DNA of 64,000 nucleotides from Promethearchaeia archaeon (lineage in GTDB: Archaea > Asgardarchaeota > Lokiarchaeia > Sigyniarchaeales > SOKP01): NCBI GenBank assembly GCA_046483985.1, contig JAWOCD010000085.1, positions 1-64,000 of the forward strand. Direction: 5' to 3'. A model generated the notes under the pieces. That model was not told the origin of the DNA and did no database searches. It worked only from the letters and a program-made list of their open reading frames with translations. The translations under genes were made by a program, and so were the position numbers. Within the stretch, counting starts at the first letter, position 1, and every line of letters begins with the position of its first letter. Shown here piece by piece: positions 38,760 to 48,402 of this stretch.

Positions 38760-39346
38760 ATTTTTTCAGATCTTTCAATTACCTTTTTGCTCATCAATCT
38801 AAATGCAGTTTCTACATTATTTCCTGTCTTTGCGGAAGTAATTATTGTTTCCAAAGCGTTGATTTCCTCACCTAAAGAATCCAATTTCTCTTGGTTTACC
38901 TTTCTGGGGAGATCTGCCTTATTTCCAACTAAAATGAGGGGAATTTCATCATTACAGTGTTCCATCAAATCGGGAAACCAGAATGTTTCTATCTCTTCAA
39001 ACGTCTTTTCTCGAGTAAGGTCCCCGATAATTAATGCACCTTGAGCCCCACCATAGTAAAGATGTCTAGTTTTCTTCCACCGTTCGTGCCCAGCAATATC
39101 CCATAATTGAATATCTACATGGTGATCTTTATCCTTTTCAACGGGGATGTCCATATTTCCTAATTCTAATTTTTTCACATACATATTGACCCCGATGCTT
39201 GCTCTATAATCATTCAGAAAATGTCCCGAAACGAAACGTTCGGCTAAACTGGTTTTTCCAACGCCCGGTTCACCAGTTATAACAACCTTAAACACCCAAT
39301 ATCGTTCAGAAATTGTTCTATTTTCACTTTTCAAGATTTCATTCAC
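38756..39346 (-). CDS. Rab-like small GTPase (eukaryotic signature protein)
   Basis: G1 GEPGVGKTS, IGV, G3 WDIAGHE, YYGGAQG, G4 GNKAD, G5 TSAKTG; no C-terminal Cys. Confidence 0.92.
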   Translation of the reverse strand: MNEILKSENRTISERYWVFKVVITGEPGVGKTSLAERFVSGHFLNDYRASIGVNMYVKKLELGNMDIPVEKDKDHHVDIQLWDIAGHERWKKTRHLYYGGAQGALIIGDLTREKTFEEIETFWFPDLMEHCNDEIPLILVGNKADLPRKVNQEKLDSLGEEINALETIITSAKTGNNVETAFRLMSKKVIERSEKI

Positions 39347-39504
39347 CTAAGGAGAAAAATACTTCAGATATGATTTACATAAAGAATAGATTCTCATATT
39401 TTATCAAGATTTGTTTAAAAAAATAAAGATTAGATTGAAATATTTTTATTATTTCTGGATATTATATATTATTAATAAATTAAGTATTAGTGTGATTTTG
39501 AAAA

Positions 39505-40596
39505 ATGACAACCGGAATAATTTACGATGATATCTACCTTGAGCACCGCATCGGAACCCATGTGGAGAGCCACAAACGGCTTATCGGAATTATGGATTTA
39601 TTACGAAATAGAGGCTTATTAGATAATCCGGATTATCAAGTTATCAAACCGTATAAGGCAACCCTGGATCAAATCAAATATGTACACAATGTAGAATTAA
39701 TCAAAGAAGTAAAAGAAATTAGCAAATTAGCCGAGAAAACTGGGCATATCCAACAGCTTGATATGGACACCTCCGTTTCTGCAAAAACTTATGAAGCGTC
39801 CCTTTATTCTGTGGGAGGAAACTTGAAAGCTATCGATGAAATCCTCAATGGAAACATCAAAAACGGATTTGCTTTAGTAAGACCCCCCGGTCATCACACG
39901 AATGCGTATAAATGTTCTGGATTCTGTTTTTTTAATAACATAGCAATTGCAACGGAGTACTTATTAAGAGATAAAGATATTGATCGGGTCGCAATTATTG
40001 ATTGGGATTGTCACCACGGCAACGGCACTCAAGATATTTTTTATAAAGGCTCACCTTCGGGTGAAGGCGAGGTTGTCTTTTTTAGTTCTCATCAAGATGG
40101 GAGGACCCTGTATCCAGGAAGCGGGTTTGAAAATGAGATTGGAGAGGGAAACGGAAAGGGCCATATCATTAATTTTCCCATGCCACCTAACTCTGCCGAC
40201 GATGCGATTATGGAATTCTTTCATGAAATAGTATCACCTCTCTTAAACGAATATGCTCCCCAATTTATCTTGATCTCTGCAGGATTTGATACCCACTACA
40301 CAGATCGCCTCACAGGGATGGGTTGGACTTACCAAGCTCCGGCCAATTATCTCAAATTAATTAAAGCCATTGCACATGAATATGCAAACGATAGAATATT
40401 AATTACCTTAGAAGGGGGATATGATATAGATAAACAAGCACGGGCGGTATATAATTGCCTCAAGGTACTTAATGATGAGGAGGACTTAATCACGGAAAAG
40501 CCCAGAACGTCCGACTCCGAACTGTTGACATACTTAGATGGGAAATTGTTTCCGAAATTAAAGGAAAATCTGGCGCCATTTTGGGAATGCTTTTAA
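39505..40596 (+). CDS. Histone deacetylase/acetylpolyamine amidohydrolase family protein
   Basis: RPPGHH, GFCFFNN, DWDCHHGNGTQ, SAGFD, LEGGY. Confidence 0.92.
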   Translation: MTTGIIYDDIYLEHRIGTHVESHKRLIGIMDLLRNRGLLDNPDYQVIKPYKATLDQIKYVHNVELIKEVKEISKLAEKTGHIQQLDMDTSVSAKTYEASLYSVGGNLKAIDEILNGNIKNGFALVRPPGHHTNAYKCSGFCFFNNIAIATEYLLRDKDIDRVAIIDWDCHHGNGTQDIFYKGSPSGEGEVVFFSSHQDGRTLYPGSGFENEIGEGNGKGHIINFPMPPNSADDAIMEFFHEIVSPLLNEYAPQFILISAGFDTHYTDRLTGMGWTYQAPANYLKLIKAIAHEYANDRILITLEGGYDIDKQARAVYNCLKVLNDEEDLITEKPRTSDSELLTYLDGKLFPKLKENLAPFWECF

Positions 40597-40650
40597 CAAT
40601 TTGAATTTTTCTAAATTTTTTTCTTTTCCTTTTCTTTTTCCTTCAATTTA
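40597..40650 (+). terminator. Probable archaeal T-rich terminator after the HDAC gene
   Basis: Long T-tracts directly after the stop codon. Confidence 0.35.
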
Positions 40651-40808
40651 TGAGAAAAGAGTGATCTCCTCTATCGGTTGTTCTAAATTTCTTTCACGAA
40701 ATAAAAAATAATGAAAAATATTAAAAATCAAAACTATTTTAATCTTAATATTCAATATATTACTAGGAACTAATTTATTCTTAATAAAAAACACCAAGGT
40801 ATCTAAAT

Positions 40809-41906
40809 ATGTCGGACGAGAATGAAAAAAAAGAAGATAAAGATGATGATCTTGATTTAGATTTTGACTTACCGGATTTGGGCTTAGAAGATGAGGAGGA
40901 ACCATCAATGCCTCCACCGACCGAAGCTCCCCCCTCACCGGCACCGACAGAACCATCAGCACCGACAGAACCATCAGCACCGACAGAACCATCAACTATG
41001 AAAGCACCAGAACCCACCTCTTCATCCCCTTCCCCTGAATCCACACCCTCGCCCACACCAACTACCGAATCTATGTCCGCACCACCTTCGCCTACACCCT
41101 CAACCGAACCAGAATCAACTGCTCCCTCTCAAAATGAATTGGATAATATGCAACAACAAGTAAGCGCGAAGGACCAAAAGATAAATGAACTTCAAAACAA
41201 AATAAATGAATTGAACAACCAACTGAGTCAAGCAAGCGGAGAAACATCCAACCTTCAATCCCAATTGACCCAAAAGGAGAACCAGATCAACCAACTGAAT
41301 AATGAATTGCAAAATACAAAAAATTCGATGCAACAGTTACAATCGCAAGTTAATCAATTACAATCCGAAAAAGAACAACTCCAAGATCAAATTCCGAACT
41401 TGCAACAGCAAATACAACAGCTACAGCAAGAGAAAGCTAATTTGCAAGGTCAGATCCAACCTCTCCAACAAAAAATACAGCAATTGGAGCAAGATGTTGC
41501 GTATAAGGATAAACGTATCAAAGAATTGAAGGAACCAAAGGCAGTTATGGGCTCGTCTCTCTCTCAAGAACAACCAAGCTCTCCAGGAGCTTCTCAAAGC
41601 AGTAGTTCATTTGGAAGCTCCTCTTCCAGCGTAATGGGGGGCGGCGGACAAACAGGAACATCTGGCACTACTGGAGGCGGTACGGGAGGCGGTACGGGAG
41701 GCGGTACGGGAGGCACTACTGGAGGCGGTACGGAACAGACTCCCTCGGTGGACGTAGGAGGCACTCGAACAAAGTGTCCAAATTGTGGAGCAACCGGTCA
41801 AGCCATTAAGGAAGTTGAAGATAAAAGTAAAGTCATCAGCTATATCCCCAAACCAATTTATGCCAAGAAGTATGTGTGCACTAAGTGTGGATATGAATTC
41901 TCATAA
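40809..41906 (+). CDS. Low-complexity/coiled-coil protein with C-terminal zinc ribbon
   Basis: Acidic N-terminus, Pro/Ser/Thr linker, Gln-rich heptads, Gly/Thr linker, then CPNC...CTKC. Confidence 0.8.
   Translation: MSDENEKKEDKDDDLDLDFDLPDLGLEDEEEPSMPPPTEAPPSPAPTEPSAPTEPSAPTEPSTMKAPEPTSSSPSPESTPSPTPTTESMSAPPSPTPSTEPESTAPSQNELDNMQQQVSAKDQKINELQNKINELNNQLSQASGETSNLQSQLTQKENQINQLNNELQNTKNSMQQLQSQVNQLQSEKEQLQDQIPNLQQQIQQLQQEKANLQGQIQPLQQKIQQLEQDVAYKDKRIKELKEPKAVMGSSLSQEQPSSPGASQSSSSFGSSSSSVMGGGGQTGTSGTTGGGTGGGTGGGTGGTTGGGTEQTPSVDVGGTRTKCPNCGATGQAIKEVEDKSKVISYIPKPIYAKKYVCTKCGYEFS
40941..40994 (+). repeat. 18-bp tandem repeat x3 (APTEPS)
   Basis: gcaccgacagaaccatca three times exactly. Confidence 0.9.
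41673..41732 (+). repeat. 12-bp tandem repeat, about 5 units (GGGT)
   Basis: ggaggcggtacg x3, ggaggcactact, ggaggcggtacg. Confidence 0.9.
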
Positions 41907-41950
41907 AAACCTAGTTGCTCTATTAATTGAGGAAAAATAATATACTCTAA

Positions 41951-42003
41951 TTTCCCACTAAAGTGCGAGAAAGTCCTGTCCTTTAGGCGGGGATGAAGTG
42001 CGA
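41951..42003 (+). mobile_element. Solitary IS200/IS605-like end hairpin (no transposase nearby)
   Basis: GC-rich island in an AT-rich spacer: AAAG followed by the imperfect hairpin TCCTGTCC-TTTA-GGCGGGGA; aagtgcga occurs on both sides. Confidence 0.5.
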
Positions 42004-42172
42004 TAGGAAAATTTAATTAAATTTCTCTTTTTTTCTTATTTCACTATATTTGATGCTTTTAAGTAAACATAAAAATATTCCTAAAATTATATATATTATA
42101 ATTTTATTTAATATTCTAAATTGGTTTACCTTAAATATTCCATTATCTTTATTTTGGTTTCGTTAGAGTAAA

Positions 42173-45100
42173 ATGTCGTTAGAGAGAGAACTCTTAGAGC
42201 CGCAAATTAACAAAAAACGTGCTGCTGCCGTTTTTTTAATTGCTATCCTCTTAATCGCTTTTTTTTCACTCTCTACTGTATTATTCAACTTTTTATTGGG
42301 TTCACAACGTATAAATCCCAATGAAAAGCTTGATGATGCGGATTTTGAGGATGTTACCTTAAATATGCCCGACATTCCCTTTGATCTGGAAGATCTTATT
42401 GATGCGTTGGATCCGGAAGATTTGGAAGATTTAGACCTAACTGAAGAGGATATCGATGAACTCTTCCAAGAAATGTACGATGGCGATATCGATAATATGG
42501 ACTTAAGCACGATGGGAGCAGCAATGGCAGCTCTCCTCGGGTCCGATGAGGAGGTATTTCGAATTTTTGATTACGACAATTTTGACAATTTGTCCGATAA
42601 GCTCTGGCGCTATGAATGTTTTGAAGAGTATAACGGAACCAGCTGGAAATCTTCGGCAAGTAAACAAATATTCGATTTTTATTCGTATGGGGATTTAGAG
42701 GGAAGCGAAGACATTTTGAGGTTAAAGAGGGCCATGAATCCCTCATCAGATCAGAACTCATTTGTGGCTCCCGCTCTTTTTCCGAATCCTAATATTATGG
42801 AAGGGAGCGTGAGCGGAGATACCTTGGATGAGAGTTCTGCAACACTTTACAAGGATGATTATAATTGCACCACCATGGATGCAACCTTTACCAGCGATCA
42901 AGAAACCAATATGTCGTATGAATTATTTGGAACGCCCCAACCCAGCCCCGAAGATTTAAATTCGAGCCAAGTTGACGAGTCCTTTACTCCATCCGCAATT
43001 AGAGACCTCTATTTACAACTCCCGCCCTCAATCTCCACTTACAGGGCCAATCATGATGACTTTGACAGGCATTGCGACAACTTAGAGGTCATCATTAAGG
43101 AAGACGATGGGGCATATACAGTCGCAAATAAGATACGGAACTATTTGCAAGCGAATTTTACCGATCCCTACAGTGGAGGAGCAGAGATTTATACGGATGA
43201 TGGCCCCGCAGAAGGAGAGGATGAAATAGAATGGTTCTGTGAAAAGGAGGGGGGGTTATGGTCTCATTTCGCTTCAGCTTTTACTGCATTTACCCGGGTA
43301 TTCGGTGTTTCTAGCAGATATGTTAACGGATTTAATAGTCGGGCCCTCGATGAGGTCTCTGACCCTCAAGAAGGAGAAGATGCGGCGGTGGTCCGATATA
43401 AAAATTTGTATAATTGGGCAGAAATCTATGTTCCTACAGATACCTCTGGAAATGGACGTTGGGTGGAGATGGATATTAATTTCGAGACCTTTGGAAGTGG
43501 AGGAATGACCGCGCCAGAAGGGGAATATAATATTACGCTTACTTCTAATGTTACTGGACCGATAAATCGTGGAAATATTGCAGAACTGAATGCCTCACTG
43601 AGTTCAGATACGGGAGATGTAGAGGATAAGGAAATAAAGTTCTATGATCATAATAATCCTGAGACACCATTAGGTTCTGCAATTACTAATGCCAATGGAA
43701 ATGCCACTCTACTCGTTGATATTAATGATACACAAGTTGTGGGCCCTCATAATATTTATGCTACTTATTACACCTCCTATTCAAATCCGATAACTTATTT
43801 AATTAACGATGATATTGTCGTTCATTTATCCAGGGTTAATCCGCAAGAAGTTAATAGATCGGATTCTAATCCCGATGAGACAACTATTAAAGGTAATGTC
43901 TATGATCCTGCAAATAATGAAGGGGTGCGGGATGCTGATATTGAATATGTATTGTTAGAAAAAGGAACCAATAACAAATATAATAGTGCATTTACTCCAA
44001 ATTGCTCACAAACAAATAGCACGGGAGATTTTGAAGATACTATTTCTGTTAATGCCCCACCAGCAGCACCTTATGGAACATTTGATATAAGAGTTGATTT
44101 TAATGGAACGTGGAATGATGGTCTTTATGTATCTGAGCTCATGGAAAATTCCAGTAATCGCATCGAGTTTAATCATACGAGTACTCATAGTGTTAACTTT
44201 TACATAAACAACACTGATTCAACCAATTATGAAAATCCCACGGTAAATAGAACCGATTCGTTACATTTAAAAGCGAAAGTCGTTGCTTCCGATGGTTCGA
44301 CAATTCCAGATAAGGATGTGCAATTTATTAATGCCGATAACAATTCTACACTTTTCACAAATACTACAAATGCTGATGGACTTGCCACCTATACCTTTGA
44401 TTTAAATTCCTCTGTTTTGGCGGGTCCAAACTTACTCTGTGCTCAAGTGGGATATGTCACCAATTATTCCTATTTTGTTTTGGAAGAGAAACCAACCATT
44501 CATATAAATTCTGGACCAACTCCCAGAGAGATAAATAGAACAGGTTCAGGAATTAAAGAATTTTCTATTCCTGGCAGCATTAATGATACTAATGGCAATC
44601 CAATTCCATATGCCGAAATTGGATTGAGGATATTTAGAAATTCAACAGATTTCTCCGAGTATTTAAGTCCCCCTGATCCTCCCAAGGTTAATTCTGACGG
44701 AAAATTTAATTTTACCTACGGAGTTTCTGAAAATATTCCATACGGAAATTATACATTACGGATGGACTTTAACGGCACAGTGGATCGGTCAGACGATTCA
44801 GATTATCCTCATTATTTTGAATTGTCCGAGATGGATAACTCAACCATTCTTACAGATGAGTTAAAGGTTGAGGCACCTGATGAGTTCACAATGGATTTTT
44901 TCATTGATGGATACAGCAATGATGATTTTTATTCGCCTAATATTACCCGAAATGATGAAGTAAACTTATCGGTTGAAATCCAATGGGGTATGGATCTTGC
45001 AAAGGACGGAGATATCGTTACCTTCAGGGACCATACTCAAGATCTCGTTATCGCCGAGAAAGAACTTAGTAACGGTCAAGCGAGTGTTAGTTATGAAATG

Positions 45101-46642
45101 AATGATACTATTGTGGCAGGACCCCACCTTATTTCCGCAAGCTATGATAGAGCTGGAGCTGGAGAAAAAAATCATTCTTATTTCATTTTGGATGCTCCTA
45201 TTGATATTGACCTGGATTTTGTCCCGCAAACAATTAATAGTACCGGGAACATCGGTAGGAATTTTGTTGTTCGCGGTTCTTTGAAAGATCCTTCAAACAG
45301 TAAATCTGTTAAATATGGGCAAATTTCAGTCCATATGCTTGATGGTAATGACGACGTTTCTTTCTATCTCAATCAAGAAGCGGGGGATTTGGCTCTAAAT
45401 GAGACAGGGGAGATTTATGCCGAATTTAGCGTTAGCGAGAGTACACCTCCAAAAAATTATACAATAGAGACTCGTTTTAACGGCACCTTTTTGTACACCA
45501 ATTCTGAAGAAGATTACCAATATGATTATTTCTTGCCCGAATGGAGCAATTTCTCGGCGGCGAACGAAAGTGAAAATGAACTAGAAGTAATTAACCCTGA
45601 AGAATTATCTATTACATTTAAAATCGGAGGAGAACATACAAGACCAACCTATGATAATAGTAATCCACCTGCAACATATCAAAAAGGAGAGAATGCCACC
45701 TTTGAGGTCTGGGTCAATCATACGACAACGGATGAAGGAACTGTCCGGCTTATGGACAATTACACCGGAACTGAATTGGATTCTGCCGAAGTTAATATAA
45801 CTGAGGGGGGATATCATGAATTTAGTATAAATACCACCGATTTGCACGCTGGATTACATAGAATAATTGTTACTTATGAGGATTTCAACACGATTAATGA
45901 TACATATATAGTAATAAACGAGAGTGTAGATATCTCCAGTGAACTAAGTGTGGAAAAAGTAAGGAGAAATCAAAATGGATTTTCGGTAGAGGGAAATGTC
46001 ACCGATGAGGGTGAACCCTTAAGAGCCTTAAATCTTAGCATTAATTTCTATGATTCCTCAATGCAAGATGCTTCGGATTATTTCAATTTAGAAGGATCTT
46101 CGTCCATAATAGTTCAAGAAGATGGGACATATTGTTTTAATATCAGCTACGTGGATCTGGAGGCTCCTCAAGGGCAGTATTATGTGCAGATTAATTTCAC
46201 GGGCGATATAATTGAATTACCGGATGTTCATCTCACCGATTATATGGTCCATAGCAACAGTAGTTGTATGACCTTGAATGTAACGGCGGGTACTACTATT
46301 ACCGAAGGAGATTCTTATACTTTAAATGAAAAAGAAGAAAAATGGTATAATGATGATATTCTATACGTTACCGGTAATTTAACGTGGGATAACGGAAGCG
46401 CAATGGAAGGGTATAATGTGAATGTGACCATAGAGGATGAAAACGGAAACGTTATAGCATTCAATGATACGGTGACCGTCGATTCCAGCGGCTTTTTCAA
46501 CGGCTCGCTTACTGTTGACTCGAATTGGCCAACCTATCAAGAAGATACAAGTATTAAGGTCGAGTTTAATCCCTTTGATGAGCATAATTTTGACATGACA
46601 GATGGTTATTATGTTGAAGGTTCTAGTCAAGAATATACTTAA
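42173..46642 (+). CDS. Giant membrane-anchored surface protein: transglutaminase-like domain (catalytic residues substituted) plus tandem Ig-like repeats
   Basis: N-terminal TM; transglutaminase core GLWSHFASAF...GVSSRYVNGF...NWAEIY...WVEMD; about four ~230-aa beta-rich repeats; acidic and rich in N-X-S/T sequons. Confidence 0.8.
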   Translation: MSLERELLEPQINKKRAAAVFLIAILLIAFFSLSTVLFNFLLGSQRINPNEKLDDADFEDVTLNMPDIPFDLEDLIDALDPEDLEDLDLTEEDIDELFQEMYDGDIDNMDLSTMGAAMAALLGSDEEVFRIFDYDNFDNLSDKLWRYECFEEYNGTSWKSSASKQIFDFYSYGDLEGSEDILRLKRAMNPSSDQNSFVAPALFPNPNIMEGSVSGDTLDESSATLYKDDYNCTTMDATFTSDQETNMSYELFGTPQPSPEDLNSSQVDESFTPSAIRDLYLQLPPSISTYRANHDDFDRHCDNLEVIIKEDDGAYTVANKIRNYLQANFTDPYSGGAEIYTDDGPAEGEDEIEWFCEKEGGLWSHFASAFTAFTRVFGVSSRYVNGFNSRALDEVSDPQEGEDAAVVRYKNLYNWAEIYVPTDTSGNGRWVEMDINFETFGSGGMTAPEGEYNITLTSNVTGPINRGNIAELNASLSSDTGDVEDKEIKFYDHNNPETPLGSAITNANGNATLLVDINDTQVVGPHNIYATYYTSYSNPITYLINDDIVVHLSRVNPQEVNRSDSNPDETTIKGNVYDPANNEGVRDADIEYVLLEKGTNNKYNSAFTPNCSQTNSTGDFEDTISVNAPPAAPYGTFDIRVDFNGTWNDGLYVSELMENSSNRIEFNHTSTHSVNFYINNTDSTNYENPTVNRTDSLHLKAKVVASDGSTIPDKDVQFINADNNSTLFTNTTNADGLATYTFDLNSSVLAGPNLLCAQVGYVTNYSYFVLEEKPTIHINSGPTPREINRTGSGIKEFSIPGSINDTNGNPIPYAEIGLRIFRNSTDFSEYLSPPDPPKVNSDGKFNFTYGVSENIPYGNYTLRMDFNGTVDRSDDSDYPHYFELSEMDNSTILTDELKVEAPDEFTMDFFIDGYSNDDFYSPNITRNDEVNLSVEIQWGMDLAKDGDIVTFRDHTQDLVIAEKELSNGQASVSYEMNDTIVAGPHLISASYDRAGAGEKNHSYFILDAPIDIDLDFVPQTINSTGNIGRNFVVRGSLKDPSNSKSVKYGQISVHMLDGNDDVSFYLNQEAGDLALNETGEIYAEFSVSESTPPKNYTIETRFNGTFLYTNSEEDYQYDYFLPEWSNFSAANESENELEVINPEELSITFKIGGEHTRPTYDNSNPPATYQKGENATFEVWVNHTTTDEGTVRLMDNYTGTELDSAEVNITEGGYHEFSINTTDLHAGLHRIIVTYEDFNTINDTYIVINESVDISSELSVEKVRRNQNGFSVEGNVTDEGEPLRALNLSINFYDSSMQDASDYFNLEGSSSIIVQEDGTYCFNISYVDLEAPQGQYYVQINFTGDIIELPDVHLTDYMVHSNSSCMTLNVTAGTTITEGDSYTLNEKEEKWYNDDILYVTGNLTWDNGSAMEGYNVNVTIEDENGNVIAFNDTVTVDSSGFFNGSLTVDSNWPTYQEDTSIKVEFNPFDEHNFDMTDGYYVEGSSQEYT

Positions 46643-46666
46643 TATAATCAAGAAGGTCAAATGTAA

Positions 46667-48298
46667 ATGGTGGGATTGAAAAGAAAAAAGAGCAGAAATA
46701 AACCCCGCATAAAAATATTAATTATCCTTTCCCTTTTCATTTTGATAATCTTTTTAAGGGGAAGGGACAATTTACCAGATATCAGCGATTATTCAAGTAT
46801 GCAAGATATCAAAGATAGGGACCGTTCTCAAGATTTGAAGCTTTCTTCTATTGAAGCTAATTTAACTTTAACAAATGCGGAAATGATTAATAATTCAAGG
46901 TTTTCTCATTATCAAAACATTCCAATCAATGGAAATCTTATTCATGCTATATCTGGTGATCCATATCCGAATTATAGTGTTTCTGTTAAAGTTAATGGTG
47001 AATTATTTCCTCGCTATAATGCCACAACAGACGAGGACGGTAATTTTACCATCAATTATAATATCTCAGATTCACTTAATATTTATACTTCTCATAAAAT
47101 CGAGGCCGAAGTTCTTAATGATACGGAAAGTGATATAGATTATCTCAATCATTATATTATCTTTTTAAATACGACTTCTGAATTTGATATAGATGAGGGT
47201 GATTGGTCAGATACCGATATTCCTTATCTGACCGGAGAGCCTTTTAACACAAACGGATATTTAAGATATGTTAATGGGACGGGAATTGCAGGGGGGATAG
47301 TAAATTTTTATTGGTATCATGATGGAGAAGTGCTTGATTCTGGAACGACATCAACTAATAATAATGGGGAGATAAATTCCTTGCCAATCCCAGAAACTGA
47401 ATTGGAAGAACTATCATTAAAATTAAACTTCTCCGATTTCCCTTATGTGAATTATTCGGAATGGATTCTTCCAGAAACAATTGAAGTTTTTTCCAATATT
47501 TCGTGTCAGTGGGATGTAGAAAGCACCTCTACGGAATTTGAGGATTTTACCATTCAAGGTACCCTTGTATCGTCAGCCAATAGTAGCTTTTTTATTAATG
47601 ATCGCCAGATTGCACTTTTATATAATGGAGAACTGGTTGGCCAGGTGAGCACTAATAGTGATGGTTCGTTTTCCTATACATATAATATCCCTGAAGGAAC
47701 GGGAGCCAATAATTTACAAATAAGATTGATTAATGATGCGGGAAAAATTGAAACGTCTAATAGTTACACTATTGAGGTGTATGAAGGAGAAGAGGAAGCA
47801 GTCGTTCCACCCGACGATACAGAAGATGATACGCCAGCCCCGTTTGTAAACTTTTTTATTTATTTTATTCCGATTGTAGCGGGGATTATTGTAGCCTTAA
47901 CACTACTGGGGTATAAATACCTACGACAACAAGAGGAGGCTTCAAGAACGGTCAAAGTACCTTTGGGAGACAAATTACTTAATTTAAAAATGCTGAAAGA
48001 GTCAGGAAGATTAGAAGAAGCATTATCTTATCTTTTTAATGCGATATATATGGATTTAATTAACGCAAAATTTGGTCGCAGCAAAAAAGCGTCTGAGACC
48101 ATCAGGGATATTGCGATTGTGTCGGTAAAAGATCTAAAACTTCCGCCGGAAAAAATATATCCCTTCATCACGAAGATCGAAGAAGTTATTTATGCTCGGC
48201 CACATAAAATAACCGAAGAGGATTTTAAAAAGGCGCTTGCGCTATTTTCACCGGTCTACTATGAATTGACGAGTCAAAAATTTAATTTAAAAATTTAA
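46667..48298 (+). CDS. Membrane protein: N-terminal TM, extracellular Ig-like domains, C-terminal TM and cytoplasmic DUF4129-like domain
   Basis: TTDEDGNF and STNSDGSF beta motifs; TM FFIYFIPIVAGIIVALTLLGY; ETIRD...IEEVIYA tail. Confidence 0.7.
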   Translation: MVGLKRKKSRNKPRIKILIILSLFILIIFLRGRDNLPDISDYSSMQDIKDRDRSQDLKLSSIEANLTLTNAEMINNSRFSHYQNIPINGNLIHAISGDPYPNYSVSVKVNGELFPRYNATTDEDGNFTINYNISDSLNIYTSHKIEAEVLNDTESDIDYLNHYIIFLNTTSEFDIDEGDWSDTDIPYLTGEPFNTNGYLRYVNGTGIAGGIVNFYWYHDGEVLDSGTTSTNNNGEINSLPIPETELEELSLKLNFSDFPYVNYSEWILPETIEVFSNISCQWDVESTSTEFEDFTIQGTLVSSANSSFFINDRQIALLYNGELVGQVSTNSDGSFSYTYNIPEGTGANNLQIRLINDAGKIETSNSYTIEVYEGEEEAVVPPDDTEDDTPAPFVNFFIYFIPIVAGIIVALTLLGYKYLRQQEEASRTVKVPLGDKLLNLKMLKESGRLEEALSYLFNAIYMDLINAKFGRSKKASETIRDIAIVSVKDLKLPPEKIYPFITKIEEVIYARPHKITEEDFKKALALFSPVYYELTSQKFNLKI

Positions 48299-48402
48299 CC
48301 GTTTCACCAGACAAGTTATAAAAAAAATGTGTGAATTAAAAAATCAAAATTTAAATCAAAAAACCATTATAAATTATATATATTGAAAATAAAACATCTT
48401 AG

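Noticed and set aside
40648-41056. Antisense ORFs with repeats (MVLSVL and GADGSV)
   Set aside because: These are shadows of the tandem repeat in the real plus-strand gene.
40941-41732. Short tandem repeats as a possible CRISPR array
   Set aside because: Units are 12-18 bp, contiguous with no spacers, in frame within a coding region; no cas genes are present.
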